Origin: Takakia lepidozioides
Taxonomy: Eukaryota > Plantae > Bryophyta
Reading direction: 5' to 3'
Assembly: GCA_030704615.1 (NCBI GenBank)
Contig: CM060732.1
Span: 4,216,001 to 4,280,000, forward strand
DNA length: 64,000 nucleotides
In this document: piece after piece, positions 23,836 to 36,959 of the stretch
Layout: every line of letters starts with the position of its first letter
Position numbering within the stretch: the stretch's first letter is position 1
Position numbers and translations under genes: made by a program
The notes under the pieces: generated by a model
What the model was told of the DNA's origin: nothing
What the model saw: only the letters and a program-made list of their open reading frames with translations
Databases searched by the model: none

Positions 23836-24660
23836 TTATATTAATACTTTTGTATATCAAATATTCATTGTTTCTGGTACATTTTAATCGGGGAGAAGAC
23901 TGTCAACAAATTTGCTGATGTTGTCTGAGAGAGTGCCACATACAATTGACCATGAGAGAATACCAGTGTTCGAAGATCTAGACCTACATGTTTTACAAAT
24001 TATCCTTGTGATCTGTTGATTGTCATAGCAAGAGTCATCTTCACAGGAAATTGTCTTCGAGTGAACTTAAAAAGGGTATTTCTGATGTAGTAGGTTGTAA
24101 TGTGATTTTGGGGATGAATGTTGTTTCTCCAGCACATGTACCAGTTAAAATGCGTGCCTCAATGACGCGATCACTGAGACGTGTGACTATGAGTCATGAG
24201 CCATTACAAGCCCACGTTTTGGAGCTACAACATGATTGGACATCCAACTTTAAGATTGAGCTTCGCAGGTGGCAATGCTGACAACTCTAAAGAATTGAGA
24301 TATTATGTAAGATACAAATTATGATTATCAGCACCTACCTCAAGAAGTGTTGAATCTGCACTGTGAAATGTTCGAAGAGCTCCTTAGAACATGTGGATTA
24401 TATCATTGTTGATACTGTCAACATCATTTTGAGTTATAATATGGTTCGATCTTTGAAGTATTCATCGTTGTATGAATTTATATCTCGAATACCGTTGTAG
24501 ACGGAGTCAATTAGTGACTATATATTTCGACCATGCACCATTCGTTGTGGAAGAGGAATGTTGTCATGCTCATTGACTTGAATGGTGATACTTCCAACTT
24601 GTAGCAGCCAGCTCGCGAACTGCCGATTTTCCAAAGATTCTTGAGCCAAACATATATTTT
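23836..24660 (-). pseudogene. Helitron Pif1-family helicase C-terminus
   Basis: The minus strand reads [75 protein letters not shown], with stops and frameshifts. Confidence 0.92.
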
Positions 24661-24675
24661 CTGTTAACTTTAATA

Positions 24676-24990
24676 GAGAGAGAGAGAGAGAGAGAGAAGA
24701 CTCCGGCCAAAGCCGGCGTAACTAAGAGCCACTTCGCTTTACGGCTACTGTCCCTTTCGGGGGTGGGCCCTATAAAGAAAACAAGTGTCCACGTGACACC
24801 GGGTAACCAGGGGGAGGTAATAAGTAGGCTAGCGGTGCCTAGGGTACCCGGGGGTACCACAAAGGGGTTGGACTCAAGTTGTCGCTTGTTGGTGATGATG
24901 GCAGTGAGGGAGCGAAGCGCAATGAGGTGGATGGCTTAAAGCATTTGTGGATTAGGGGATAGGGATTTTAAGATTGTCGTGTAATGCGTT
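24676..24990 (-). mobile_element. 5'-truncated 3' end of the RLE-type LINE family, with (TC)n tail
   Basis: Homologous to 31681-32010: (AG)n-aagactccggcc(a/g)aagccggc..taactaagagccacttc..gggggtgggccctat. Confidence 0.7.
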
Positions 24991-25021
24991 TATAGTAGGG
25001 TCTCCAACACCAGTAGGTAAG

Positions 25022-27130
25022 TGTTGGGAGACAAGTAGGCGGGGAAGGCGTCAGGTGGCGACACCGTGGTGTTAACGAGGTCTACAAAAGAGGAAGGGGA
25101 AGGAAGTACCTCACATGGTGTTCGTGTGTGCCCCTCCAACAATCTCCCTACCTTGCGCTGGAGTGGTTGTCAATTATGGCTGGGACGACTCCTCTCCTCG
25201 TAGTGCCGTTGCGCCCATCGCCTTGAGTTCGGATTTTGACCCTGGCCGGGAAATTTCTTTTTGGCCTTAAGCCCACTTTTGGATATTCCATGTGCAATTT
25301 CTTCCTTTTCCTTCCCCAGGGCCGCGGCGCCTGGGTGGGGTATGTCGGTCATCGCCATACCACCAACCAGGGGTAGCGATCCCAATTGCGGGGTGCCTTC
25401 AATGATGGGGGGGTCTCTGGGGGACATCGCTGCCGCCTCCTATCCTTCCGAGCTCCTAATGACATTTTGGGGCGCGCTTGGCTCTGCTGCCTTTGCCCCT
25501 TCTAACAGCAGCTGCCCTTCTCGTAACCCCCTGGTCATCCGCAGTCTTTTGCCAGGGCTCTTGGTTTTGCCGGATGAGACTCGCGGGAATCTTTATTCTC
25601 ATGACCCCTTCTTCCTCTTCATCTTCCTCATCCCTGGATAGTTCGCAGGCGTCCACCGAGCTTGCATACGTGGCTATCTCCTGTGTGGTGGCACATGACC
25701 GTGCGGGTTCCCTCCGCCGTTTCCCCTGCGTCGGAAGGCGGTACCCATTTCTTCAAAAATGCCTCAATGTCGTGGGTTAGTTCCTTGGCCTTCTCATCCC
25801 GGTAGCGAATCATCCCCAACCGCCTCTATGTTGACGCGGGCGGAGGAAGTTGATGCCCAGATGAAAAAATGAGCCCTCGAAGCTCAGACAAAACAAAGAC
25901 AGGAAGTCAAGCCATGCCCTCCACAAGCTCCCCAGCGACGGAAACAACGGCGTAGGCCTTTGAGAAGCAGGTCTTGGCGTTGCAGTCATATAGTAAACAA
26001 CTGGAGGAATTCGAGACAACCAAAAAAAGACTTGGCATACTTATGGCAGGGCTTTGAACGATTGAGGGAGGAAAAACATGAACTGGAACAAAGTCAGCAC
26101 TCCCACGCGCAGAAGAGCACCAGTACTAGCAGGAACTGGAAAAGGCACAGTTGGACTTAGCCGAATCGAGATTGGCAGCTACAAAGACGATTGAGAAATA
26201 CGAGGGATAGTCAAAGACCAGGGGCAGGAAATAGAGGCGCTACAAACCCAACTACAGGATAGGGACAACGCATGGGAGATGGCTCGCCACGAAGTCGTCT
26301 ACTACGAAGGGCAGTTCCAGCCCGAGAGAGGGTACGATGGCAGGAGTACGGCGCTAGAGCAGAGCAGACGTACAGAGCTCTGCGGTGGTCCAACAATGCG
26401 GTGGCCATTTTGCAGAGGGATATGGTGCGCTGGAGGGCCCGCGGACTGTGGACAAACAAGTTTTGGGAAGAGTTGGCCATCCGAAGAGCTGGAGACATCA
26501 CTAGGGAGGCTGGTACGAACAAAGAAGCGCCAACGGGAAGGTTAGAATAGGAGTGACAATTCGAAGAATGGAGCAGAACGTACTTAGAATTGATCGCCTC
26601 CGAAGCACAGGCGTGCAAAATTACTTTGGAAGGGCTCTACGAAGAGCTTGGGATAAGTATGGAGGACCTACAGATGAAGAACATCTCCCTTGCTGTTCCT
26701 TCGTACGAACTTGGCCCGCCCTTGCGAATGAGGGGAGCCCTTCTCTTTGCCCTCATTAGACGACGCGTCCAATTCCTCTCTGCTAACTCCCAGAAGGCTC
26801 TTGCCCGGTGTGGTGTCCTCATCATTTTGTTCATCGTTGCTGAGGTCAATCCTCTGGCTTGCGACCCTCTGGGAGCAACCTTTCCCAACTGGGCATATGT
26901 CCCAGTCTTGCCCGTTCGCTCGCAGGCATCTCCTCCCATCGTTTCAGTAGATGTTGTTCGAGGGGACCCCAACGAAGGATAATATGCTTACTTGGGTCCG
27001 TCTTCTTGTTCTTAATCTCCCTCATGCCCCTTTGGAGACCTTCAAACAACACCCTTGCCCAATTCACCTTCTCGGTTTCTACCAACACCATGCACTTCAT
27101 CAATGCCGGCTGAATGAGGTGCAGCGTCCC
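25022..27130 (-). mobile_element. LTR retrotransposon 3' remnant with decayed accessory ORF
   Basis: On the minus strand AGGGAGAT (PPT-like) is followed by TGTTGG at 25141. An ORF fragment reads ..VETEKVNWARVLFEGL.., resembling retroelement 3' accessory ORFs. Confidence 0.35.
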
Positions 27131-29133
27131 GACATTGGATGCTAATTCACTTGACCAGATGGCCTGACAATCTTTTCAGATGAGAGGCATATTGCTTTGG
27201 ACAATGCATGATTATTCAAGTATGTTCCCTAAGAACCATGCATTTACTTTCCAAGGGATATTGATGAGGATTGGGATTGATTGAAGTTGGGGCTAATTAT
27301 ATCAACATTGCAGTCACAGTAGTGGCGACAGTCTTGTGCACCGTAGTGGGCTAGATGGCACTATGGGCCATCCACATGACAACTTTTCCTCTTCGCTAAT
27401 TGTGGGATGTCTACAAGACTATCTGTTTGTTCGGGGCTAAGCACCAAAGGGTACCACGCATGCCTGCATTGTGGCGATGAACTTGATACACATAGCTCCC
27501 GCAATCTTCGCAAGATGGTGTATCCCAACTACCGCAAGTTTCTTCCTATGAACCATCCATGGAGAAGAAGAGACAAAAACTTGTTTGATGGCAAAGAGGA
27601 GTTACGTACCCCCCTGTGACACCATCCAAGCAGTTTTGGGAAGACCGATGGAAGGAGGCCGATGCGGAGGGGTCCGGTGAAGTGGACGTGCCTGGCATGA
27701 AGCGACTTTCAATCTTCTACAAGTTGTCATATTGGGCGGTACATATTCCACAAAAACACCATCAATATTATTATGCATACATGTGATATTGCACATTTTG
27801 TATGATTCCCATTTGTCACTTTCACGTCAAAATATTTGTGTAAGAATTTGTGGGTGGGGATATACATAAGACCTAAAGATTCGTCATCTTCTAGATCCCA
27901 TGTATATTGAGAAAAATGTTTGTTCATCCTTTTTTCGTGTTTTGAATGGCACGCCGGCAAAGAAGGGAGTGGTTGCAAAAGGAGATTCTCTCAACAATCG
28001 AAAAAAGCTTGAGGAGCAATGTCGCATGCCACATTTATGGGCCGAAGAAAATGGTGTGGACCCAAATGGTGGTGTACGGTGGAAGTATAGGCCAACACCT
28101 TGGCAATGGACAAAGGAGGAATACAAGAAAGTGAGAGCCACCATATGTGCTATCCAGAGACCAACCGGGTATGGATCATCCCGCCATACAAAATTCAGTG
28201 AAGACACAGTGCATGGTTTGAAGTCTCGTGACTACCATAATATATTGCAAGACATCTAGCTACTTGCAATATGTAGGACATTAACTCCCGAGGTTCACGA
28301 GATAATCTATAGATTGGGAGACTTGTTCTAGTAGGACATTGCCAGGGGCCCCTCTCAATTCGCGACCTCCTACACCTCGGTTTGGGTTCACGGTCGTCAT
28401 TTCTGCATTCGTGCTCTTGACATGAAGCGCAAAACAACATTTGATTCTGGCTTGTGTGCCACATATTGGCAAGACTTTGTGTCAAGCAGTACAAGAGATA
28501 CACGACCTACACGGAGCACACTCGAGTACATTGGAGAGCTTGAGAGCATACTCCAACTTCAGTATACAAGGTACCAGCCTCTTCTCTTCAAGGGAAGGTG
28601 GTTCCAACCACATCTTGTGGGGCCTCCGCAACACTAGTGCAAGATGAGAGTGGTTTCATGCGCGTCAATGCAGATAGGTTCATGCCTACTCATCGTATGT
28701 CTGATGAACCTTTTGCATGGCCTTCAGACATGGAGCAAGTATCCTTCTGCCAAGACAAAACAAGATCGAGAAATTGGAAGGTGGTTGTGCATGCACAGCC
28801 AAGAGGAAGACATGTATCTATCATAGTCACGGATCTACATGGGGCGAGGCAGATGCGAAGGAGGAAGAGACTGGTCATAATGATGCTGATGTTGGAGGTT
28901 GGATAGAGGGGGTACAAGAGGATGGTGACGCCCCGGACAATGCACCTCGGACCCCATATGATGAAGCTCCATCAGATACAGATGTTGGAAAAGGAGATGA
29001 AGACATGGCCATTGAAAACGAGATGGAAGATGATTCAGATGTATCTTTTGCTGACCCGGCCATTGATGACAATGACTCTGATTCGCAAGAAGATTTGCAG
29101 CTTGATGAGGACGAAGAAGCTCTGGATAAATGA
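27130..29133 (+). pseudogene. Second CACTA TnpD remnant (Transposase_21 end, internal deletion, DUF4216 region and acidic tail)
   Basis: DNA clearly homologous to 13320-14480 and 15220-15430; YIGELESIL..LFKGRWF..DESGFMRVN..DEPFAWPSDMEQV..WKVVVHAQPRG. Confidence 0.9.
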
Positions 29134-29999
29134 TCTTTTATTTAGACCGGCCTCACTTTGTACTTCACAATGTACATCGTTTGCTTTTGTAAAGTGTAAT
29201 ATATCAGTTTATATAAAATATTTATAAACTTTTATTGATCTCAAGTGTCATCTCCAACTCTACTCGGCCTCCCCCGGTGATTTACATCTATGCCCTCCGG
29301 CATAGCTGCTCTAGTCGACCCTTGTCTTTTCATGACCTCGGCCCTCTCCCTCTCCCTCTCCATCTCCCCACTCCTACCCTAGCTTTCCCCCCCTCATTCC
29401 CTCTCCCTTAATTTCTGTTATTTTCCATCCCATCCCCAGTACTTTGGCCCCGGCTGATCACCTTCCGGCCTGGCCGCTTCCGGCATGATGTCACGGCCGG
29501 CCATTAAATCCCCGCCTCTTTGGCTCAAGCAAAAAGCAGCCCCCCTGCGACCCCCTTCTGTCGCAACAAGAAGCGGGTGTCGCGACCCCCCTTGCTACCC
29601 CTTATGCAACGCCCGGCCGTCGCAGCTCCCGGCAGGGTTGGGGCCCCCTCTTCCCCTTCATGCCACCTTGCGACGGTGGGGCGTCGCAGACCACCCCAAC
29701 ACGCTGGGCCCGACATCGCGTCGTCGCCCCTTGGGGGCCCCCTCTTCCCTGTCACACCATCGTGCGACGTCCGGGCGTCGCAGCCTGGCCCCGACGCTTG
29801 GTCCGCCGGATCTGCGACGCCCAGGCGTTGCAACTCCACCGGGCCCGACGGATTTCGACGGTTGGGCATCGCCGGCGGGGCCGCGGTGCCGCTGTTGCAG
29901 GCTCAGTGCCACACCTACCATCGGGCCGCGGACTGGCGTCGCTAACACAACACCCCCCCCCCCCCTTTCCCCCATTTCTTGTAGTGTCTGATTTGGTGT

Positions 30000-31680
30000 G
30001 GGCGTTCTTTTGAGCTTGAGTGATTTCTTCTACCAGCTTGAGAGCAGCATTGAAGACGGAGGAGAGGTGGCGTCTGTTGCCACTTTCGCCAAAGTCCTCG
30101 GGGAGCTGTGGTCCTGACAACCAAGATAAGAAGGAGACAAGTTCTAGCATCCGGCATTTTAATGTTAGTATACCGCATGGTAGGCAACAGCTGAATGGAA
30201 TAATTACCGCTGGTACAAGGAAAGAGCCAAAATAGATAGAGGAGTCAGAGTGAAGCATGAGATCATGCAAAGATTGAGCAAGGAAGATTTCACTGATTTT
30301 GGCCAGGAGAACTGTCATCTCCTTTCCAGGGGATAACAGGGAGATGTCCTCTGGGAAGATCCAAGAACTGATGAAGGTGTTGGCTCCCGTTGCCAAAATA
30401 GCCGGAGTACCTTTTGGGAACCCAAAAACAATGGGAGTAACATGAATGGCAACAGCCAGCGGCCTTCGGGCGAAAAGTCGTCAGGAAGCAGCAATGGCTG
30501 AAAGGACTTCAGCCTACTGCAAAATGAAGCTAGGTTTTCATCAGCTCCTTTTGCCAACTGAAAGTTAGCAGCTTCAGCCCTGGAGCGGGAAGAGGTGGCA
30601 ACCGCGGATGAAACCAGCATGTTCCGAGGGCTGAGAGCCTAAGGAGAGGGGGTGGACAGCATCCTGGATCTTTTAGATGGCTACTGTTTGCCGGGGGAGA
30701 TCTTGTCGCGGGGGTGATTTGTCCGCACCAACTGCAACCGCTCCTGGGAGCCAAACTCTGCACCATTAACTTGAGTGCTGGGAACAGAAGGAGAGCAATG
30801 GTTACCAGCTTTCGCATCTTTCAGTGAGGGGCAGTCAGCTTTTGACATGCCCCTCTTTGTTACACAGATGACAAATAATGTATAAGCATTCCTCCACAAC
30901 AACAACAGTAATAAAAGAGTTGTCCAGGGTAGGTAGTTTGAGGGAAGCCCCAGTGACTGAGGAGTCTGGCATCCAGACCACAATCTTGGGGACTTCGGAG
31001 TCCCAAGCCACTTCAAAAGCAATATCCGAGTCAAGGGAACAGAAGATCAGTTTCTTCAAAGTCATGAACATTCATAGAGCTAATATAAGCACCAAAATGT
31101 GCCCCGATTTCAGGTAAGTAGTTCCCTGGCAGATAGGGTAGGGCAATCACTTGGTTTGCAAGTAATGCCAAGTTTATGGCCCCAATCGAAAGACCAGGGA
31201 AAAATGTGAACCCGATATCGAGATCTCTTGACATTGAACTTCAATGCTTTAGTGGCAAAATCCACCAAGCTGAACATGATGATGAAGAAGAAGAAGCCTC
31301 GCCAAAGGGGGTGACAAAAATGTGGGGTGAGTCCGCCATCAGCACCCAAGTGCTTGATAGTCCATCTTCGCACCCAGTGTCTATCTCGAATTCGTCCGGG
31401 AAAATGCAACAGAATATCCTGTTGGGCAAGCACGTTCGAGTGACTTTTGATGATGTCCATGTTTAATTGTAAAACAGATTGATTTTCTTGAAGCAGAGGA
31501 GCTTCCTTACTCCAAACTTCAACGGCTTTGCTAGACGAAGCATTCAGAATGGGGGAATTACCAAGAACCCCTGGACCGTAGTGTTTGCCACCAGTCCAAT
31601 ATTGTCGCCTATGGTCCTTGTAAGATCTGTTGCCTCGGTACAAGTTTCCTCTAGGGGGGCCTTCCGGCACAGCAGAGGCA
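30000..31680 (-). pseudogene. L1-type LINE ORF1 remnant (RRM/DUF4283-like region and CCHC knuckle)
   Basis: GFFFFIIMF..RYRVHIFPW..IALPYLP..YLPEIGAHFG..PKIVVW..ICHLCNKEGH.KADCP, frameshifted. Confidence 0.75.
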
Positions 31681-32737
31681 AGAGAGAGAGAGAGAGAGAG
31701 AGAGAGAAGACTCCGGCCGAAGCCGGCATAACTAAGAGCCACTTCACCTTGCGGCTATTGCCCCCTATCGGGGGTGGGCCCTATGGTAAACACAGGTGTC
31801 CTATGGGACACCTAGTAACTAGGGATATGTGTTCTATGGTGTCAGAGAATAGGGGGGGCACCCCCCGAGGGGTGCCCCAAAGGTGTCTAGGGTAGTGTTG
31901 TAGGGTTGGATTTTAGTTTTCGTTTATTGGTGATGATAGTTGTGGTTGTGAGGTGGATGGCTTGGAAACATTTGTGAATAGGGGAGATAGGGATTTGAAA
32001 GTTGTTGTGTATGTCATTAATGCTGGCATTATGTATTCCATCTCTAGTACCTGCCGTGATGACGGTTAGAGGGCTGGTGCACCATCCTCGTCGGCGAATA
32101 GTGAGGATGAGTGGGACATATTTTTGCCGTTTTTCCAGGATAGAGTCATGTGGGTAGCGGTCATGTGGCAGTATGTGAATTCTATGAAGTGGATTGTGAT
32201 TGATGGGGAGGGTGTGTTAGGAGGTAGGGTGGTTATGGGTAAGCCCTGTGCCAGTAGAATATCTGGGCAGAGTCTAGCTGGACATGTGCATGGTCGAGAA
32301 GTACATGTGCACAGAAGCAGCCATGGTGGGACAGTGTGATCAGGTATGTGCCAGCGTTTAGGAGTGTGAACCATCTGGTTTCAACACGACTGAGAAGTAG
32401 TTTGTGAATATGTCAGACTGTGGCGAGTGATATGGAGGCCATGTATAATGGGATGTGTACATTGACTAAGTAGGTGTGGCCAAGTGTCACGTTCTTAATG
32501 GGTGTGTGAGCAGAGTCGGCAGTATGGGGATGGATAAAGACGTGGCCAGAAGATGTGCTCGCGCTGGTGGCCCATATACTGGGCATATCTGAATTTAAGG
32601 GTTTGGCGGATTTGTGCATCTGTGGTGGTTTTGGTGTTCCAAAAGTGGTTTGATAGTTTATGGTGTAGCAACGTGGATTGTGTCCACTTCTGAATATGGA
32701 CCTCGCTTCTTAAACCCTCCTCCGCCTTAGCATCCAC
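31681..32737 (-). mobile_element. Non-LTR retrotransposon 3' part with restriction-like endonuclease (RLE-type, Dualen/RandI-like), (TC)n tail
   Basis: LKFRYAQYMG..CRLC..H (Zn knuckle), then PPWLL..CPDILL..IHFIEFTYCH (PD-(D/E)xK-like), then a 3' UTR with a terminal hairpin and (TC)n. Confidence 0.65.
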
Positions 32738-32969
32738 ATATGGTTGGACCCGAACGCGTTGTAGACAGTCCCTTTTCTACGCTGGCCATTATGCCATTTG
32801 AGACACTCATATCCATGGCTCCTCTGCCCGAGCATTTGCTACTACCGCCGCATAGGGACGAAGAACGTAGCTCTTCTCCGGGGTATGTATCTCCGCAATC
32901 CGTTCCCGAAGTGTCAGAGTTCGCAATTTCAACCAAAAAAACATTCTGACCTCTATCTCGAACCCCAAC

Positions 32970-33240
32970 CTAATAGTCGGCACCGAGTATTATTCCAACA
33001 TCTGTCACAACTCCTTGTTAATAGTTGTCACCGACTATGACTCTGGCGTCTGGGGCAAGCCCGGGTAGTCGGCAACGACTTCTATAGTTGGAGTATCCAC
33101 TCGGCGATTCATCCTCATACTTCACAAATCGATGATCATAATGACTTCTATTACACACTAAGGTTATTTGTGATGAAAAAATTAGAGAACTTGTACAAAC
33201 CAATGGTCAGATAGTGCATAGTCGGCACAGACCTAAAGGA
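32970..33240. repeat. Cluster of TAGTCGGCACCGACTA-like palindromes (family C motif)
   Basis: Variants at ~32973, 33021, 33066 and 33219. Confidence 0.6.
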
Positions 33241-33319
33241 CCTGACTCCAAAGAGGAAATGTATATTTGGACAAAGCTGTCGAATGCCTCTGTCATTGAC
33301 ATGAGCATAGAAGCTAAAT

Positions 33320-33690
33320 TATGCGACCACCTCTTTGCTGATTAAAAAAAATAAAATATGCAACCACCCCCCTGCTGGTGGTCGCACCCATTAAAAAAAA
33401 TAAAAAAAATCTGCGACCACCCCCCTGCTGGTCGCACCCATTAAAAAATTAAAAAAATCTGCGACCACCCCCCTGCTGGTGGTCGCACCCATTAAAAAAA
33501 ATAAACAAATCTTCGACCACCCCCCTGCTGGTGGTCGCACCCATTAAAAAAAGTAAACAAATCTGCGACCACCCCCCTGCTGGTGGTCGCACCTATTAAA
33601 AAAAATTCTGCGACCACCCCCTGCTGGTGGTCGCACATAATAAAGAAAAGAAAAAAAGATGCGACCACCCCTGCTGGCGGTCGCAGCTAT
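33320..33690. repeat. ~50-bp tandem array: TGCGACCACC-loop-GGTGGTCGCA hairpin plus A-tracts (7-8 units)
   Basis: Units at ~33359, 33412, 33460, 33512, 33564, 33609 and 33660. Confidence 0.9.
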
Positions 33691-34125
33691 GAATAGCGTG
33701 CGCAGTCATGATGACAGCGCGCGCCCCGAGTGTGGAGGGGGGGTGTGGAGGGGGGGTTTATAAGGCCTTGGAGGCCATTCTCTCCCTCACTTTTCTCTAC
33801 ACCATAACTTGGTGGGCGATGGGATGTTGCATTCCTTGTCATTGAGTCCAAGTGGAGAGGGGTGCTATTGGTTGGGTGAGGGTATTCTGGGCCGTTGGAT
33901 TCTACGAAATCGATGTTGAGTACCTCCCGGGAAGCTCTCCTCTAGCACCCACGTTTTTTTCATTGCACATTGCGTCATATCACTTAGAACTGCCGAGGGA
34001 GTGACACATGCCTCTAGTACTTGGGGAGGATTCATTAGGGAGTAGGATTAGGTACGATTTAGGAGGGTTGGGAGAGCATTTTTCTTAGCAAACACCTGTC
34101 GAGTAAAGGTAAGCCAAAGCCATAA

Positions 34126-35300
34126 ATGGCGGAGGAGGAAGACAGAGGAGGTCATCCCAGGGATGACGATAATGAACCTGGGCCTCCCAAGAAAAAACCA
34201 AAAGGGGCCAGGCGCGAACTTCGTTGGGACATATACAATGACCCCAACATTCTTGCGGAACCAGGTTGGGAAGTTTGGAAGTTGGGGCAGCGGTGGTCGC
34301 TTGGTGACTGCAGGAAATTTGTGGACTGGTGTCACATAAATCGTTTGTGGCCCAGAGATAGGCATGATCCACAAACCAAACAAAATCAAGCTAGCTTGCA
34401 TTCTTGCGCCAACCCGCATTTCCGCCACAGGGCAGAGGAGGTACATACAACATTGTGGGGTCAACCACTCGTCAACAACAAGGTCCCGTATTTATTTGCG
34501 GCCATGTTGTACACAGAGTTGATTTTATTACGACCGGTGGATTGACAAACTGCCATTGCGAGACAGCGTACTAGACTATAGATGTTTTCTGATATCCCAG
34601 ACTTGTATATACGTCAGGGGCAGGACATCATACGGTTCGATGGAAACGACGAGGTGGAAGAAGGAAGAAAGGCGGATGGAAACGACGATGTGGAAGAAGG
34701 AGGAAATGTAGACCAACCTCCAGATTATACGCCGCAACAGGTCTCCGCAGTCGGGCCTTCAACGTCTGAGGTGGAGGGGGCGAGGTACGCTCTCCGTTGG
34801 AGGAACAGTTGGCCGCACATGAACAATACATCAAAGACCTGCATGACATTGTTTATTTGCAACGGTGGCAAATAGCGAAGTTGCTGGAAAGAATGGGTTT
34901 GGGGACTCTCGACAGCGTACGCGGTGTGCTTCAGGACCCGAGGCCAATCACCAACGAGCAAGACATATTGGCGTGTTTGAATATACCACCAGTGGACATT
35001 GACCGCGTCATCGACGGGGTTGACTCAATCGGGCATGGGAATGAAGTGCAAACGTCTGAACTGGACCCGGCGAGGGTTGAGGAAGAAAGACTTGTGGAGG
35101 AGAGGGCAAGAAAAGAGAAGGACCCCATAGTGGAAATTGAGGAATGTTCAGCCGTGCAAATTACATCGGCCCAAGAACAGGAATTAGAGCAGCTTGTGGG
35201 GGAACGCGAGCAAGCTAGGGCTGTTGCATATTGGTACTCAAATGCCATGCAAATCCGATCGTGGCCATGGTTGAAGGGGAATTGGCGGAATTGGGTGACA
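34126..35300 (+). pseudogene. Unknown transposon-associated protein (NLS-like PPKKKPK, helical domain, coiled coil), decayed
   Basis: Collinear ORF pieces broken by stops (RPVD-TGA, probably from TGG) and a frameshift. A TATA-like site lies at ~33758, downstream of the hairpin array. Confidence 0.45.
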
Positions 35301-35399
35301 TGGGCGGGCCATCTAGCATCGCGGGAAACACGGATAGAAGAACGTTGTCCTCCCTCCAACGTGCAGCACGTTGCGGACTTCTCTCTTTGAGGTACCCAC

Positions 35400-35735
35400 T
35401 CTCTGATTCGCAGATTGTTTCATGGAAGGCGCCAGGATAGAAGGTGCATTTGGCGGGCAAATGAAGTCCCCAACAGCCCTATATATGACGTTGTCCGATG
35501 GTGGAACTCGCCATTCCCTGCCATCGCCGAAATCATCGTGGAGCACAACAATACTCTCGACAACAACGCCGTTTGAGTCCTTCCTTTCCTCCTCCAAAAA
35601 AACCGACCCCGGTTTCAGGTGGTATCGAACGCACAGATATTTCTCCATCACACGGCAGATGTCCCCTCTGCACGGAAATGAAGCTCTATGCTCGTGAGGA
35701 GGGCAATACACTGTAGCGCTCGGGTTTTCCGCCAT
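35400..35735 (-). pseudogene. MULE family B transposase N-terminal domain (truncated)
   Basis: MAENPSATVYCPP..CRVMEKYLCVRYHLKPGSVFLEEERKD..EWRVPPSDNVIYRAVG aligns with MAPNSYVIVCCPP..CRVTETYLCSKFKLKPGTVYLEEERKD..EWHVPPSDTILYRAVG at 3528. Confidence 0.8.
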
Positions 35736-35974
35736 GGGAGATGTGCACACAAGACTGCCAGGATGGCGTGCGGGCAAGCTCCCTGGTAGAAGGGGGATGC
35801 ACCGATGGGAAGGAATGCGGTGCCGATATGTCCGAGCGACGAAGCCTGATCCAAATCTAGGGAGCCAACTATCTCAAAAATCCACAGTCAGAGTGTTAAT
35901 GAACCTTGTCTCCGGAATGCGGCCCCTGGTCTTTGCGCAATAACTGCCAACGGTATGCAGTCAGAAAGTGGGGG

Positions 35975-36812
35975 GCCGCCCGGATGATGTCGGCTGAAGG
36001 GGAGAAGCCGGCACCGGGCCGTCACATTACAACCCCCGGATGGAAATTTGGCACCGAATATCCAATAGGGGCCGCCCGGATGAAGTCGACTCGGGCGGAG
36101 AGGCCGACACCTGTCCGACTGAGAACATCCCCCGGATGGAAATTCAGCGCCGAATTTCCATCCGGCCCCCCCCCAAACGAAGTCGTGTCGGGGGGTCAGG
36201 CCGAAAAGTGGCCGATATAAAACCTCCCCGGATGGAAAAATGGCGCTGAATTTACATCCGGGGCCGTTCGGATGCAGTCGGCTCGGGGGGAGAGGCCGGC
36301 ACATGGCCGTCACATTACAACCCCCGGACGGGAATTCGGCACCGAATATCCAACAGGGGCCGCCCGGATGAAGTCGCCTCGGGCGGAGAGGCCGACACCT
36401 GTCCGACAGAGAATATCCCCCGGATGGAAATTCGGCGCCGAATTTCCATCCGGGCCCCCCCAAACGAAGTCGTGTCGGGGGGTCAGGCCGAAAAGTGGCC
36501 AACATAAAAACCTCCCCGGATGGAAAAACGGCGCCGAATTTACATCCGGGGCCATTCGGATGCAGTTGGCTCGGGGGGAGAGGCCGGCACCTGGCTGTCA
36601 CATTACAACCCCCGGACGGAAATTCGGCACCGAATATCCAACAGGGGGCGCCGGGATAAAGTCGACTCGGGCGGAGGGGGATGGAAAACCGGCGCCGAAT
36701 TTCCATTCGGCATGTAATCGCGATCGCGGCCAGATGGAAAACCGGCGCCGAATTTCCATTCGGCATGTAATCGCAATCGCGGCCAGATGGAATTTCGGCA
36801 ACGAATTTCCAT
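35975..36812. repeat. ~96-bp-unit palindrome array (3-unit higher order), family B copy 2
   Basis: GGAAATTCGGC(G/A)CCGAAT(T/A)TCC units; related to 9695-11190. Confidence 0.9.
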
Positions 36813-36959
36813 GTAGAAACTAAGAGGGATGGAAACGAAGCAAGGAATTTCTCTCTACCAGTCGAGAATTCCCTGAAAAACGTGTCTAAAAGTGGACTTC
36901 AGCCACCAAACTTAAGGTTTAGTGTCTTTTTAGACCAAAAAACCAAGCGGCCACGCTCA

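Noticed and set aside
25860-26760. Coiled-coil host gene
   Set aside because: Fragmented frames without identifiable motifs; more likely retroelement accessory debris.
29485-30013. Overlapping Pro/Arg-rich ORFs
   Set aside because: GC-rich sequence open in most frames with no recognisable motif; likewise 22649-23115.
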